DNA of 64,000 nt from Nageia nagi (Eukaryota > Plantae > Pinophyta), in contig JBITNC010000001.1 of the NCBI GenBank assembly GCA_050084985.1, positions 80,724,001-80,788,000 of the forward strand, given 5' to 3'. Numbering within the stretch: position 1 is the stretch's first letter; every line of letters starts with the position of its first letter. Under the pieces are notes generated by a model. The model had not been told where the DNA came from and ran no database searches. It saw only the letters and a list, made by a program, of their open reading frames with translations. The position numbers and the translations under genes were made by a program. Below, piece by piece: positions 24,192 through 36,869 of this stretch.

Positions 24192-24486
24192 TGTACAACG
24201 AGTTTCTCACGCAGAGGAAACTCACCACGGAGGTATAGAATGTACAACAAGTTCGTCACGCAGAGCGAACTTACCACGGAGGTATATTAATTACATGCTC
24301 AAAATTTGTACAATAAGTTTCTCACGCAGAGCAAACTCACCACGGAGGTATAAAATGTACAACAAGTTTGTCACACAGAGCAAACTTACCACTGAGGTAT
24401 AAAATAATCAACACTCTATAACAACAATTGTACAACAAGTTTGTCACGCAGAGCAAACTTACCACGGAGGTCTAGAATGTACAATC
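24192..24486 (-). repeat. Five ~45-nt hairpin-forming repeats in the 3' region of copy C
   Basis: tgtacaac-[stem]-tcacgcagag-[stem]-accacggaggtata units with 4-28 nt linkers. Confidence 0.9.
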
Positions 24487-24519
24487 AAAAAAGGCCTCTT
24501 AGAGGTGAAGTTGTCATCA

Positions 24520-27201
24520 CTAACAAAAGTTAGCAAGAATTATTCTGACAGTAGGCATCTTGGCTACAGGAGAAAAGGTTTCCTCATAATCAATACCATA
24601 TTTCTGAGCGAATCCTTTGGCTACTAACCTTGCCTTGTATTTTTCAATTTTTCCATCAGAATTGTACTTGACCTTATATATCCATTTATTGCCAATCACA
24701 TTTTTCTCATTGGGATAAGGAACCAAATCCCAAGTTTCATTTTTCATGAGAGCCTCATACTCAACTTTCATAGCTTCCATCCAACACTCTTGCTTGGAAG
24801 CTTCTTTGAAGGTTGATGGCTCATGCATATTATCAATTTTGGCAAATAAGGATTTATTCAAGGTCATACTTCTTGTAATTCTCTGTGCTGGAGAATTTTG
24901 CTCTTGTGGTGACTTTTCTACATGCTCATCCAACCAGTTAGGTGCAGGCGAAGAATCATCTGTATCAGACACTTCAGCATGAGAGGTCGTATCCTCAGAA
25001 AGTTCATTGAACTTAACATCCCTAGACACAAAGACTATTTTATGGGATGAAGAGTAGAGCCTGTAACCTCTATGCTGATTATCATACCCCACAAAGATGC
25101 ATTTTTCTGATCGTTTATCTAGCTTCTTTCTTTTCTCTGAGGTAATGAAGGCAAATGCATCACAACCGAAGACCCTGAAGTGTGAGAGGTTAGGTTTCTT
25201 TCCTGTCCATCCTTCATATGGAGTTTTACCTTCAACTGCCTTAGTAGGACACCTATTTAGGGTGTGAATAGCAGTGTGAACAGCTTCTCCCCATAAGAAA
25301 CTAGGAAGGTTACCCAACATGCATCTTGCCATTTCCATAATGGTGCGATTCTTCCTTTCAGCAACTCCATTTTGCTGAGGGGTGTAAGGGATTGTGAATT
25401 GTCGCTTAATCCCATGTTTAACACAAAATTCGTTAAACTCATTGCTATTATATTCACCCCCATTGTCAGATCTCAGCATTTTGATCTTAAAATCAGTTTG
25501 ATTTTCAACAAGTGCCTTGAAGTCTTGAAACCTGTCAAAAGTTTGATCCTTGTGCTCAAGTAGATAACCAAATGTCATCCTACTGAAGTCATCAATGAAG
25601 GTCAGAACATAAGAAGCTCCACCTAGTGACACAGTCTGAAATGGACCCATCAAATCTGAATGCACAAGTTGAAGAGGACAAGAAGCCTGAGTTGCCTTAT
25701 CTTTTTCAAACTTTTGCCTATGCATCTTTCCTAGAATGCACCTTTCACAAAGACCAACTGTGGGTGAAATATTAGGTAAACCTTCCACAAGTTCTTGAGT
25801 TTTCATAGCTTGAATACTCTTGTGATTAAGGTGTCCTAATCATTGATGCCAAAGATTACCTTTTGAACAAACATTTGTAGCAAGACAAATCTTTGAAGGT
25901 ACTTGATCCACAATATAAAGGTCATTCTTTACTGATCCTTTTATCAAAGTGACAAGTCCTTTCTTAACACACCAAGAGTGTGAGGTAAACTCAAATGAGC
26001 ATCTTTTCCTTGTAATTTGAATCACGGAGATGAGATTCATCCTTAGTTTAGGCACATAAAAGACATTGTCAAGAGTCTTTCCATGAATCTTCACACTCCC
26101 TATTCCGTGAACATCAAGGACTGTATTATCACCTATCACAACTGCATCCTTTTTGTACTTATGAAAATTTTCAAACTTATCCTTTTCATAACACATGTGA
26201 TTAGTGCATCCTGAATCAACAATCCAATCATTTGAAATAGTTTGAGTCATTGAGTAGTAGGCAACATTAGCAATATGCTTGTTCTTCTTTCTATTATTGA
26301 AAGTTCTCACATTTGCATTTCCCTTTCCTTTTTGAGCAAATTTCTTTTTGCGACAATCATACTCTTTGTGCCCAAAGATGCCACAGAAGTTACAATTCCC
26401 ATCAAACTTTTCTTGAGGTGTTGGATTGCTTGATCCTGCTTTATCATTCCTATGCCTGTAGTTGCCATGATTTTTGTTGTTGTTGCCTTTTTTGTCATAC
26501 TTCCTGAAGGTAGATGAGGACTTGTTGTCTTTGAATTTGTAATGTTTGAACTTTTTCTTGAAAGGAGTTTTGATTGCTCCTAGAGCAATGCTATTGTCCT
26601 TTGGAGAAAGGTTCAACATTTTCTTGTTCAAAGTTTCCTCATGGTTTAGAAGAAGTCTAGAAAGGTTATCAAGTGAGATGACATCTTCTTCATCATCGAG
26701 CCTTATTTCCATAACTGTGACAAAGTTGCTGAACTTTGTAGTAAGGCTTTGAAGAATGATGAAGACCATGAACTCATCATTGATCCAGTTACACCCACAA
26801 CCAACCAGTTGTGTCCTGAGGTCAATGATTTTGTTTAAGTAGATGGAGGCACTTTCATCTTCACTTTGTCGATACTGCAACAACTTTTGTAGAATGGTAA
26901 ACCTCCTTGAAAATTTGGACCCAAGGTAAATTTTCTTTAACCTATCCCAAGCTTCCTTTGCTGAAGTTGATGAAGAAATCATGAGAAGGACATCATCTGA
27001 AACTGCACGATAAATCATGGAAGTTGCTAACTCATTCTTTGAGTTGTATACTTCAAGAGCCTTCTCATCGGTAGGAGCAACCGCATCTTCACTAACTGTC
27101 TGCCACAGCTTTCTTGCTTGTAACTCAGCTTTCATACGTGGTTCCCATATTCCAAAGTTGGAACCATCGAGTATGTGCTTGGGAACGAAGGTTTCAACCA
27201 T
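24520..27201 (-). pseudogene. gag-pol: Copia gag-pol: gag, CCHC knuckle, protease, GAG-pre-integrase, integrase, RT N-terminus
   Basis: CNFCGIFGHKEYDC; WIVDSGCTNHM; WHQ*LGH (single in-frame TGA at 25840-25842, probably from CGA); LVHSDLMGP, LRSDNGGEY, PQQNGVAERKNR; KARLVAKGF..DYEETFSPV, then ends without YVDD or RNase H. Confidence 0.95.
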
Positions 27202-27984
27202 TGCTACAAAAAACAAATGAATATGCAATAAGAATGTAAACTTTTACAATTTTCATCTATACATATAAAACATCTAATAAGCAAACATGTCCCACATGTG
27301 TAAACTCATTAACCACGATCCATAGAAGGATAAAGTTGAGGTTGTTTTCTTGTATAGAATTAGGCCTTCACCTGGATGCCCGCAAGGTGGAGCCCAGGTA
27401 CTACCAGTCCTCAACCAGTTCACCTTGGTCAGTGATATACTCTCACAAGGAGAAGTACCTACTATTTTCCAAGGATCCGACGTATCTTGGACCGGCCATT
27501 TTAATTATCTTGATTAAGGGTTTCAGTTTTCCTCCTAGGTTATCAGGATAATCCCTGAATGGACGTGCGGACATGTGGTATCACTACACACATGCCTGTC
27601 CACCTAATAGAGTTATGTCCAATCCAACAGAGGTCTTAGGGGCAATTAAGACGGACTTACCACCACTTGGTTCTTCGGACTAAAAGGGCTCCAGTCTGCC
27701 CTGTCCTCACCTCATGGCTCCCCAAACAAGTCATGTTGTGGAAAATACGTGCGAATGTATTCATTTTAGGGGTTACTTTCCAAATTTTTGCATATTGCAA
27801 GTATAAGCAAATGTGCAAAAAATATAAAGTAAAGTGAAAATACTCCATCCACACAAACTTGAAACCTTAAGAGGCCAAAAATTGAGTCCAATGGGTTTTG
27901 TTCTAACCCCTAAAGGACTTTTACATTGTTGATATTTTTCTCAATTTATTCAAGCACTTAATGAATTAAACAAAGAACTAAGTC

Positions 27985-28235
27985 CTACTTAGTATTTAAT
28001 TCATAACATGCATTGTATCATGACTTAAAAATTTAAGTAAGCATGCATCATGCATTAAAAATTTAAGTCCTAAGCATACTTAGTATTTAATTCATAACAT
28101 GCATTGTATCATGACTTAAAAATTTAAGTAAGCATGCATCATGCATTAAAAATTTAAGTCCTAAGCATACTTAGTATTTAATTCATAACATGCATTGTAT
28201 CATGACTTAAAAATTTAAGTAAGCATGCATCATCT
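27985..28235. repeat. 91-bp tandem repeat (~2.7 copies) in copy C leader
   Basis: agtatttaattcataacatgcattg recurs at 27991, 28082, 28173. Confidence 0.9.
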
Positions 28236-28639
28236 AGATAAAATTTAAGTAAAAATTTATACTAATGCCCCCTTTTTACTTAAAGTGTTATCCCTTGTAA
28301 CTATGCTTAGAGATTGCAGATGCACTTAAATTAAACATGCAATGGGGAGTAGAATATTAGAAATAGTCTAAGGACTCCTAAGGGCATTTAATGGGAGCAA
28401 CTGACTTGGAAGCAAGTAAAAAAATGCCTAAGAGGAATAAGTGTGCAAGTGGCAATAGGAGACCCATACCCCAATTTTGAATGCTGCTCCTATTTTAAGC
28501 ACTAAAAAATACTCCTAAGTCAATAAACAATTAAATGCTTTGTAGTGTTAAAATATGACTCCCCCCTTCTCTGTGTTTTTTTTTTTTTTTTTTTAAATAT
28601 GGAGTGGGTAAAAAAATGAAGGCTCAACAACTAAAGTTG

Positions 28640-29440
28640 AAAAAAAATGTGAAGGGGCCATGTGTAAGCCTCAGGGGGGGTGGAGCAGCTGGGCAGGGGT
28701 GGCAGGAGAGACCAAGGCGGTAAGGAAGGACTGCAGAAGGAGGCCAAGGTGGCAAGGAGACCGCGTAGAGGGGTGTAAGTCGCGTGAGGCGCATGGGGAG
28801 TGGCGGGCGAAGGCGGCGTGGTTGACCAGCCGCGAGCGTGACTTCAGGGCAGCGAGGGAGAGGTTGAGGGTTAAAACATGGAAGGTGCGCTGCGTTTTGT
28901 GCAGAGACGTGGAAAGACAGGTTGGTGTACATCCTACGAGCGTAGCCGTGGCTTGCCTGCGATGTGGGTGAGGGAGAAGGGTAGCGTATTCGGTGAGCAT
29001 GGCAGCCCACGAAATGCTAGCTGCAATCCAGGCAACGATGGGCAGCTGGGTAAACATTGCACGGGCCCTGGCTGCATTTCTGGGTGGTGGCTGCATCCTC
29101 TCGCGGGGTTCCTGGCCTGTTTTACGATCTATGCAGTCCAGAGAACATGTCTGCATTATGCATCGTGGTGAACAAGCTACAGGAGCCATGGAGGCAAGCG
29201 GAGAAGTGGAGAGCAGTGTGTCGACTACGCCGAATCGTGAGGACCTGCACCCATTTCTCCCATGTGTGAGGTGACTGCATGCTTCACCGTAGCATGAAGG
29301 GCTAAACGTGGAGCAGAGGGGGTTGTGCAGAGGCGCGCGCAGAGGAAGGAAGCAGCGGCAGGACATGGGGAGGCCAGTCACGCGCGTGAGAGGTCGCGCT
29401 GGTGTATTTTTTGTTTTAAACCCCCCCCCCCCCCCGATCA
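28640..29440 (-). other. GC/CpG-rich cargo cassette of copy C with diverged PPR-like snippets
   Basis: Minus strand: LFTTMHNADMF(S)WTA.IV (~29120-29180), ARAMFTQLP, ISWAAMLTEYA (~28983-29015), gctacgctcgtaggatgtacacc resembling PPR gcaatgatcgtaggatatacac. Confidence 0.7.
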
Positions 29441-32400
29441 GTTTTGCTGATGATTGTTTTAAACAAAATCAAAATAGAAAAAATATATATATATATTGTT
29501 TGACAATATTTTAAACGAATTTTAAAAAATATATATATATATTTTTGGAGTTATATTTTAAACAGATGTTAAAATAGAAAAAAATAGATATATATATTTT
29601 GGATTGAAGTAAAAATATATATATAAGTTTGTTTTCATTCTTTTAAACAAAATAAGAAATATATTTTAAAGAACAAAAAAGAAAATATATATATATAGAT
29701 ATATATATTTTATTGAGCTTTAGAACATATTATTGTGCCCCTAAAAAAATTTGTCCTCCTTTTATTTTTGGAAATTTTGATGCCTTTTGCTTAGGATCAT
29801 ATCAATAACTCACTAATGATAGTATATATGAGATATTTCATAACAATATATTACTACTAACATAAAAAAATGTTAGTATAAATATTGCAATTTTGCATCA
29901 TATATGGGCATTTAATCAAATAATTGAACCAACACATACTTTTAAGTTCAATATAACATGAACAACAAATTACAAGTGTTGTATACTAACCCTTTAAAAG
30001 AACTATAGCAATTTAAAATTGCAAGTAACATAGAGGATTAGTAAAAAATTGCAACTTGTTAATCATAACTTAAAAAGGACTAACACATAGCAAATAAGGT
30101 GTTAGTAGCATTATGTAATAATCAAAATAAATGACCAAATGAGGAGAATCTTTATACCTGCTCTTTAAAATTTACCTCACCAAAGGGGTGAAAGATGAGG
30201 AGTGAAGAAGGATGAACCTCCAAGATGTAGCTTCCACACCAAAAGAAGAGCTTCCACAACAAGGAGAGCTTCTACACCAAGAAGGAGAGCTTCCACAACA
30301 AGGCTCTGATACCAATTGAGGGATTTGAGCTAGATCTAAACAAATCCTTTAGGACCTTAGACTAGGAAACTCAAGTGTACACAAGATAACACAATCACTC
30401 AAGATAACACATCAATATAATGTGGTTCCTCCCTCCTTGGGAGTACATCCACAACTAGTTCTCTTATTCTCAAATCTATGTCTCTCTTACAACTATTCTC
30501 TAGCTCTCTCCTACACAACCAAGTAGAGTAATCTTACTCAAAACTTAGATATGTTTACAAGAGGAGAGGCCCTCTATTTATAGGTTGAGAGCACCTCCCT
30601 AACCTTCCTTTAACCCAAGGGTAAGGTTAGGGTTACATTAAATGTATCACCAAACTTCAACCTACCAACTAACTCCTTTGGTAAAGTCAAAGTCTACATA
30701 TTAAAGAATTCTATTAATCACTTAAGGTATCTACATACCCTTAAGTGATTAATTGAATTTACAAGGAGTCTAGATATTCACAATATTTCATTACAAATTC
30801 TAACAGTATTTAAAACATGGATATATATATCCTTTAACATCCCCTACTTATTTAGCAATTCACATAGTATTTTAGTTTTGTATGTTATATATCAAGATTT
30901 AGGAAATGTATAGCTTGCCTAATTTTAATAAAAATGATAACAAAATGCAAGTACTAAACATATCATTCGCTTCTCTTTTATATTATAAATATGCATATTA
31001 CATGTTTGAGAGTTAATTAATTATACTTCATATAGTGTAGTTACATTACTAATAAATTTGAAACATACGAATCAAATTTCTTTGTTTTTATTTGTTTGTT
31101 TTTTTTCTATTACTTCGATAATTCATTGAAGATCCATATTAAAGAAAAAACTAATTTTAATTATTGATTTTGTAATTTCGTAGTTCATTTAAGATAATTT
31201 TTGTGACTATTCCAATTAAACTATTATAAAACATAATCATTAGAAGATACTTTTTTTGGCATCATATCTATACCAAAAAGTCATAATTACATTTCAACAT
31301 AATGATCAAATTTGTACATATACATACATACATATATATATTACATATATTTCTATTCTACATTATAAATATTATACATTATTTAGAAATCATTTTAAGC
31401 TTTTTTTTATGTGACAAATAAATCCATATTTTAATGCATATTTCCAACTTAAATTTGAGAAAAAAATTAGTTAACACTCTTTGATCAACATTATTTAAAT
31501 CTAATATATGATTTTATAATTGTAGACACTTCAAGTTGTATTTTAATTATCTAAAAAAGAATTTATTTAAGTTATTTATTTTATTAATACAAAATATCAA
31601 TTTGAACCCACTTTAGGTAAATCAAGGTTAACTTACACAAGTTTCTTTAAATTACCATTATCTTTTATATGCATTGTTATATGTGGTTCCAACTAGATGA
31701 ACTTAAAATTTAACGATAAATCATAAAAAATCATCATTATCAAATATCATTATAAAAAAATATAATATCATCTTATTTCATCACAATTAAACACACATAT
31801 AAAGAGCAAAAATGCACCTCCCAAAAGCAACATAATCTCAAAGATCAATCAAACCAAAATATAGAATAGTTTGACGCTTAATTATAAAATGTGAAGTTTT
31901 ATAGCAACCAAGCCTAAAATGCCTAATGTGTTAACATTGTGGGCTCATAATGCAATTACTATAGTCTTAAACCTTAATGAATATACAATTGAATGAAATA
32001 TTTGCACATTGTTCTACAATCACCCAAAGTATAATCATCTCCAAAATTATTTTTCAAAATCATTATCTTAAAATGATCTTCAAGATCATCAACTTCATAA
32101 TTATCTCAAAATATCTAAATATATCATTCTTTTATTATATGTAAAAATAGGATTTTTATAGGACCTCATATCTTATACAACCATATATTCAACTTGCCCA
32201 CATACAAAGTAAAAACAAACATCTACAATATGAGAAAATCTCAAAGCTACTCCATGAGTCTATACCTCAACAAAACAAAACTATAGAAATGCAAAGACAA
32301 CTCCATCAAGATAAAACTATGATCAACATAAAAAGACTCAACAAGGGACCATCATAATGTCCCTACATAATACTTTAAAAAACACATCAACACCAACAAC

Positions 32401-32499
32401 AACCATTAACAAAAACCAACCAAAGCACACCAAGATTATAGGAACAACTTCCCCTTTCCTTTTGTGTTGCTCGAAGTTGAGCCATCAATAATCTTCATT

Positions 32500-33650
32500 T
32501 TCCTTTTCACCATTGTGAATCCAAGGTAATCTCCACCATTCCTTTGCTTGGGTTATTCTCCTCCCACTCATTAAAGGCTTTTTCCAACATAGAATAAGGC
32601 TACCCTTGTTAACCTAATCCAAACATGTAAAAGATATTTATAATGCTATTTATTCTAAGGAGTCTTACCTGAAGGGGCTCCAAAATTACGAGGCATGTTT
32701 GAATGTGGAGACTCTCTTAACACCAATGTATTCTATTTCTTTGAGGTATTAGGGAAGCCATATTTAGGGTTAGCCTACATAATTTTCTTATTCTTTCATT
32801 CCACCTCCTCTAGCACTCGCATCTCAACTCTTGGGGAAATAATGCTAGTGTCTGTAAAGGCACTCCATGTTGTAAGCAATTTAACTTCTTAAAGGGAATC
32901 GACTTCACCTCCTCTAGAGTGAAATCCTCATCATCAACTTCCTTTGGCTTCTCCTCTTATGCTTCTTCTTTATCACTCTCCTCTAAATCATCATTCTCCA
33001 CCCTCATAATTGGCTTTTCGATAAGACATGGGCATTCCATAGCAACATGGTTGAAGAGCATGCACAATAATCCTTGATGACATGAGCCTACAAGTTTCCC
33101 TTCCTTCATTTGCATAATTAACTTATGGAGGGAAATGAAAAGGTACATAGGGATATTCAATTACTTTGTTTGCCTGAAGATATTAAGGAAAGCAAATTGA
33201 AAGCTCCTCGTAATTGACACATGGTTGTCGATGGTAAAATATTGGATAATCATAATAGTCACCCACTTCCATATCTCCTAGTAAAGACTCTCTACTTATC
33301 CCTCATTACATGTGTATTGAATTATCTAATTTCCCCTTAAATATTTATATCTCCATAGCTAGCAAGTGTTTCACCCTCAATAGTTTATCTCCCACCATTG
33401 TGAACCAAAACACCTTTGAGATGAGCTTTGGGGTCAATGTAAAGCAAATATCCTCAATTGAAACCAATGCTTCCTTCTAATATCAAGCTAAGAATAAATC
33501 TAAATGCTCATCAAGATATTGGAAAAGCTTCAAAAAATGGAGGCAATCCTTCTTTTGTAACATAAGATGTATTTCTTCATCCACATATAGTTCATGAAGC
33601 TCCGTACAATAAGATACATCTGCGATCTTTCTATCTCTTAGCCAAAGTAG
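32500..33650 (-). pseudogene. Degenerate LTR-retrotransposon accessory-ORF remnant
   Basis: Stop-riddled WKWVTIMIIQYFTID...LNIPMYLFISLHK...HQGLLCML followed by an acidic tract; resembles plant LTR-element extra ORFs (from memory). Confidence 0.4.
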
Positions 33651-35502
33651 ATGATTAATGATAGAGTTGCATTCATGATATAAAGTGCCTTATAGTAGGC
33701 CTCTAGAATCCAAAGCCAAAATTATTCAATTACTCCATGAAGCCTCGCCACATACGAACCACCCTTGCCCACTCATTAAAATTAACACAAAGAGTGCCAA
33801 AGGTCTTTTCATAGTTTTTTAGACTACGATATCAATCTCCACCAAAAGTTTGTCACATGATCCAAGCTTAATTATCCTCTCCATATAATCACCAACTCAT
33901 GGCTTAGTCCAATGCTAGATCCTTTTCCATGCGAAGTCATTAATACACTTTAGTTGGGATGCCACCTCAATGTGATAAGCCTAACTTGGACTGACCTTAG
34001 ATTTCTCCTAAATCCCTCAAGTTTGGATCAACCAAAGCCACCAAACTTACCCTAGGGGAGGTACGTTAGTCTTACAGCTTAGGATCCACCAATCAAGCTC
34101 AAAATGATGCAAGTATGCTAGCGTTTATGTCAAGAAGGTAATTAAGCATGCAATAACCACCACATATAGAAATACTAATAATATCTTAAGAAATAGCCAA
34201 CAAATATCCAATGTAACAAGTATGGAAGCCAAATGCATGTAAATGGATCAATTAAGCACTTAGCATTCAATGTCTAAGCAAGAATGGTAAATACTTATTA
34301 ATACTCCCATAACTATTACAAATATGCAACGTGCAAGCACAAGGAGAGAAATAACAAGAATATAGCAAAATAATGTGATTGTATTTTAATATAAAAATAA
34401 TGGTGAACCTCAATTGCAATATTGTTACTAAGTACTGATTCTCTAGGGCTCAGTATCTGTAATGTGCTGAAGCATGCATTAGGGTCTCCTTCATCAACAA
34501 CTATGGTAGGATATCAAAGATCCATTAGTAGTGTTAAGATAATCCAAGGTAATGCCAACACCCCTATATATCTAATTGATAACTTGGGTTGCCACAACCC
34601 CATGTGTGTGCCCATGCAAGTATTTTTCTACACCTCACTATAGGTACCTCGCTTCTAATAAGTGGAATTTTGGAAGAGACGAGCTCAAACTAAGAAGAGA
34701 ATAAGTAATAATAATCGCATGCCTTTGGTCTTCCAGGAGTCCTCCTTATATAAATGAGGTAGCTTAACTCTAAACATGCATTGGGATTGATGTGATCTCA
34801 TCCAACAATGTACAAGGGTGATTCGTATGTTCTTGAGACAATGTCCAAGATGGGGAGTCTTGGGATGAGAGTTAATCACATCCAAGGGACCTCCTAGTTG
34901 CCACACCTCATGGAGGGGGATTCCATGCATATTGGGATCCATAAAATCATAATTAATGCTCCCTTAGTGTGACATAAAGTATTGAGTCTCATTATGATGC
35001 CTTAAAATGCCAAATAATGGTCCCTTACCTTTAGCAATGCCACGTCCATGCTAAGTTACCTCTTGTTGCCTTGTGATGGGTGAAATCACCTATATTTATG
35101 CCCTACCTTAGGAGTGGAGAAATTATTACAAGAGAGGCTTATTAAATTCCAATATTACAATCATTAAGACTCTAATTATGCAACATCCCAAATTTATATG
35201 ACTAACATTGCATTTACAATTATTAGTTAGCCTTGGTATTTTAATTACATAATCATTGGTATGAAAATATAGAATAATTTGTAATTTACTAAAAGAGACC
35301 CCAACATCCCATAATTGGAGTAATTAATTATTCTCCAAGTGGAACTTACAATAACTAGACATAAATTCTACTAATTTGCCAAAATTAATTAAAAATACTC
35401 CTAAACTAATGTTCCCATTTATTAGAGGTGAAATGGGGAAAACACCATAAAAATGGGAACATTACAATTTTTCCTCTCCCAAATTGCTTATCCCTAAGCA
35501 AT

Positions 35503-35949
35503 TTAGAACATCAATAATTGCATCAAAGTCTTCGTGATGGGTTCCATCATTTGGTAACCTATTCCTTTAACTTCTTTAATACCATGTAGTACAACTTCTT
35601 GGCCTTGAACTTTAAATTTCACCTCCAAGGTTTTATAGTTGGAGGTAATTTCTCTAAGTGTATACAACCATTTAACTTCTAGCATTAAGTGTGGTAATCC
35701 TCCAAGTGGTAGAATGTAGAAGTCATTGGTAATGACATATTCTCCAAATTCGACCTTAACATTCTTTGCCATCCTATTACTTGGTGTATTACTTCCATTA
35801 GCAACAACCACTTTGAATCCTAGGAATCTATGAGTTTTGAATCCCTTCTTCCTCATAAATTCCTCATCAAGAAAGTTATGAGTGGCCCCTTCATTAATCA
35901 AAATCACAACCTTGCTATTATCAACAATCCCTTCCATCTTAATTGTCAT
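35503..35949 (-). pseudogene. Gypsy aspartic protease
   Basis: VVILINEGATHNFL (degenerate LIDSGATHNF), V.VANG, L.VKWL..L. Confidence 0.85.
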
Positions 35950-36099
35950 TAATTAGGAGGATTCATTCAAGGTGGTGAGTGCTTCTCCAATATCCTTAAC
36001 CTAAATATCATGTTGACAAGTGTTAATCTCATCATCAAAATCTTTCTTTACCTCAAGGAGTTCAAGATATATATTTTGTGCCTTTACATTACATCTATA

Positions 36100-36790
36100 T
36101 CCTCTCTCTCATGGATTCTGATAGGTGAAGCAAAGTTTTTGCTTTCTTAGTTTTTCTCAAGTTATAGAATCTATTTTCCTAGAAAGGTTTTGGGGAGATA
36201 ATGAAGGTATTCCTCTTATGGGTCCCTTTCTTATCATAGCTATTAGAGAAACTATCATTATTGGCTTTGTTGTAACCCCCTTGGGTTTACTAGATCCTTC
36301 TAGTAAAAGCACCTTGTGAATAACCATTGCCAATGTTAAAGGTTCCATGGCCTTGAGGGATGATCTCATTGGTTCTTATAGCCCATCCCTGAAGAGGTAT
36401 GTGAGTCTCCCATAATCAACATTTGGAATGGTAACTATAAATCTTTGGAACTCTTATATGAAACCCCAATTATGGTAGTTTTCTTAAGCAAATCTAACTC
36501 CTTAAAATATTCTTCTAGATGCCTTTGCTCAAATCTATCTAGCACTCTTATGTTGAAATTATCAAATGACTTGACATCTCTATGGCCTAGTGTAGAGAGA
36601 CCATTACAACACCATGCATAAGTTATCCCATCGAGACACATTGATGTTGTTTTGATCCCTTCTTCTTCATCCATTAGGTAGAGTGAAAAATAAGTTTGTA
36701 GCTTTTGTAACTAAGCCCTAGTAGATAACTTTTATCCTCTGTCAAAAATAGGCAAAGGTATTTTTGATCTCTTATCATTTGAATGATTAG
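36100..36790 (-). pseudogene. gag: Gypsy gag remnant
   Basis: KIPLPIFD..LQKLQTYFSL..CLDGITYAW..VLDRFE..YFKELDLLKK, with stops and frameshifts. Confidence 0.78.
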
Positions 36791-36869
36791 AAGCCTTCTT
36801 GATTTGTCATCACTAGATGCTTATAACATACCTAAATCCTCACTTACAAATTCAAACAAAAAAATATTC

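Larger units (their letters stand above)
23215..30805 (-). mobile_element. Ty1/copia copy C, complete ends, young, RT/RNase H deleted
   Basis: 489-bp LTRs 23215-23703 and 30317-30805 with one difference seen; TSD gtatt 23210-23214 / 30806-30810; PBS 30303-30314; PPT (agggggag on minus strand) 23704-23711. Confidence 0.96.

Noticed and set aside
24192-24486. CRISPR-like repeat-spacer appearance
   Set aside because: Eukaryotic retrotransposon 3' region, linkers only 4-28 nt and irregular, no cas genes.
25807-25842. Programmed gag-pol stop read-through
   Set aside because: The TGA replaces the conserved Arg of WHxRLGH, so a CpG-type CGA-to-TGA mutation is more parsimonious.
28671-29381. 236-aa ORF and overlapping ORFs in the copy C cassette as a real gene
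   Set aside because: GC-rich sequence lacks stops in several frames, the ORF starts at GTG, and it is not conserved in copies A or B.
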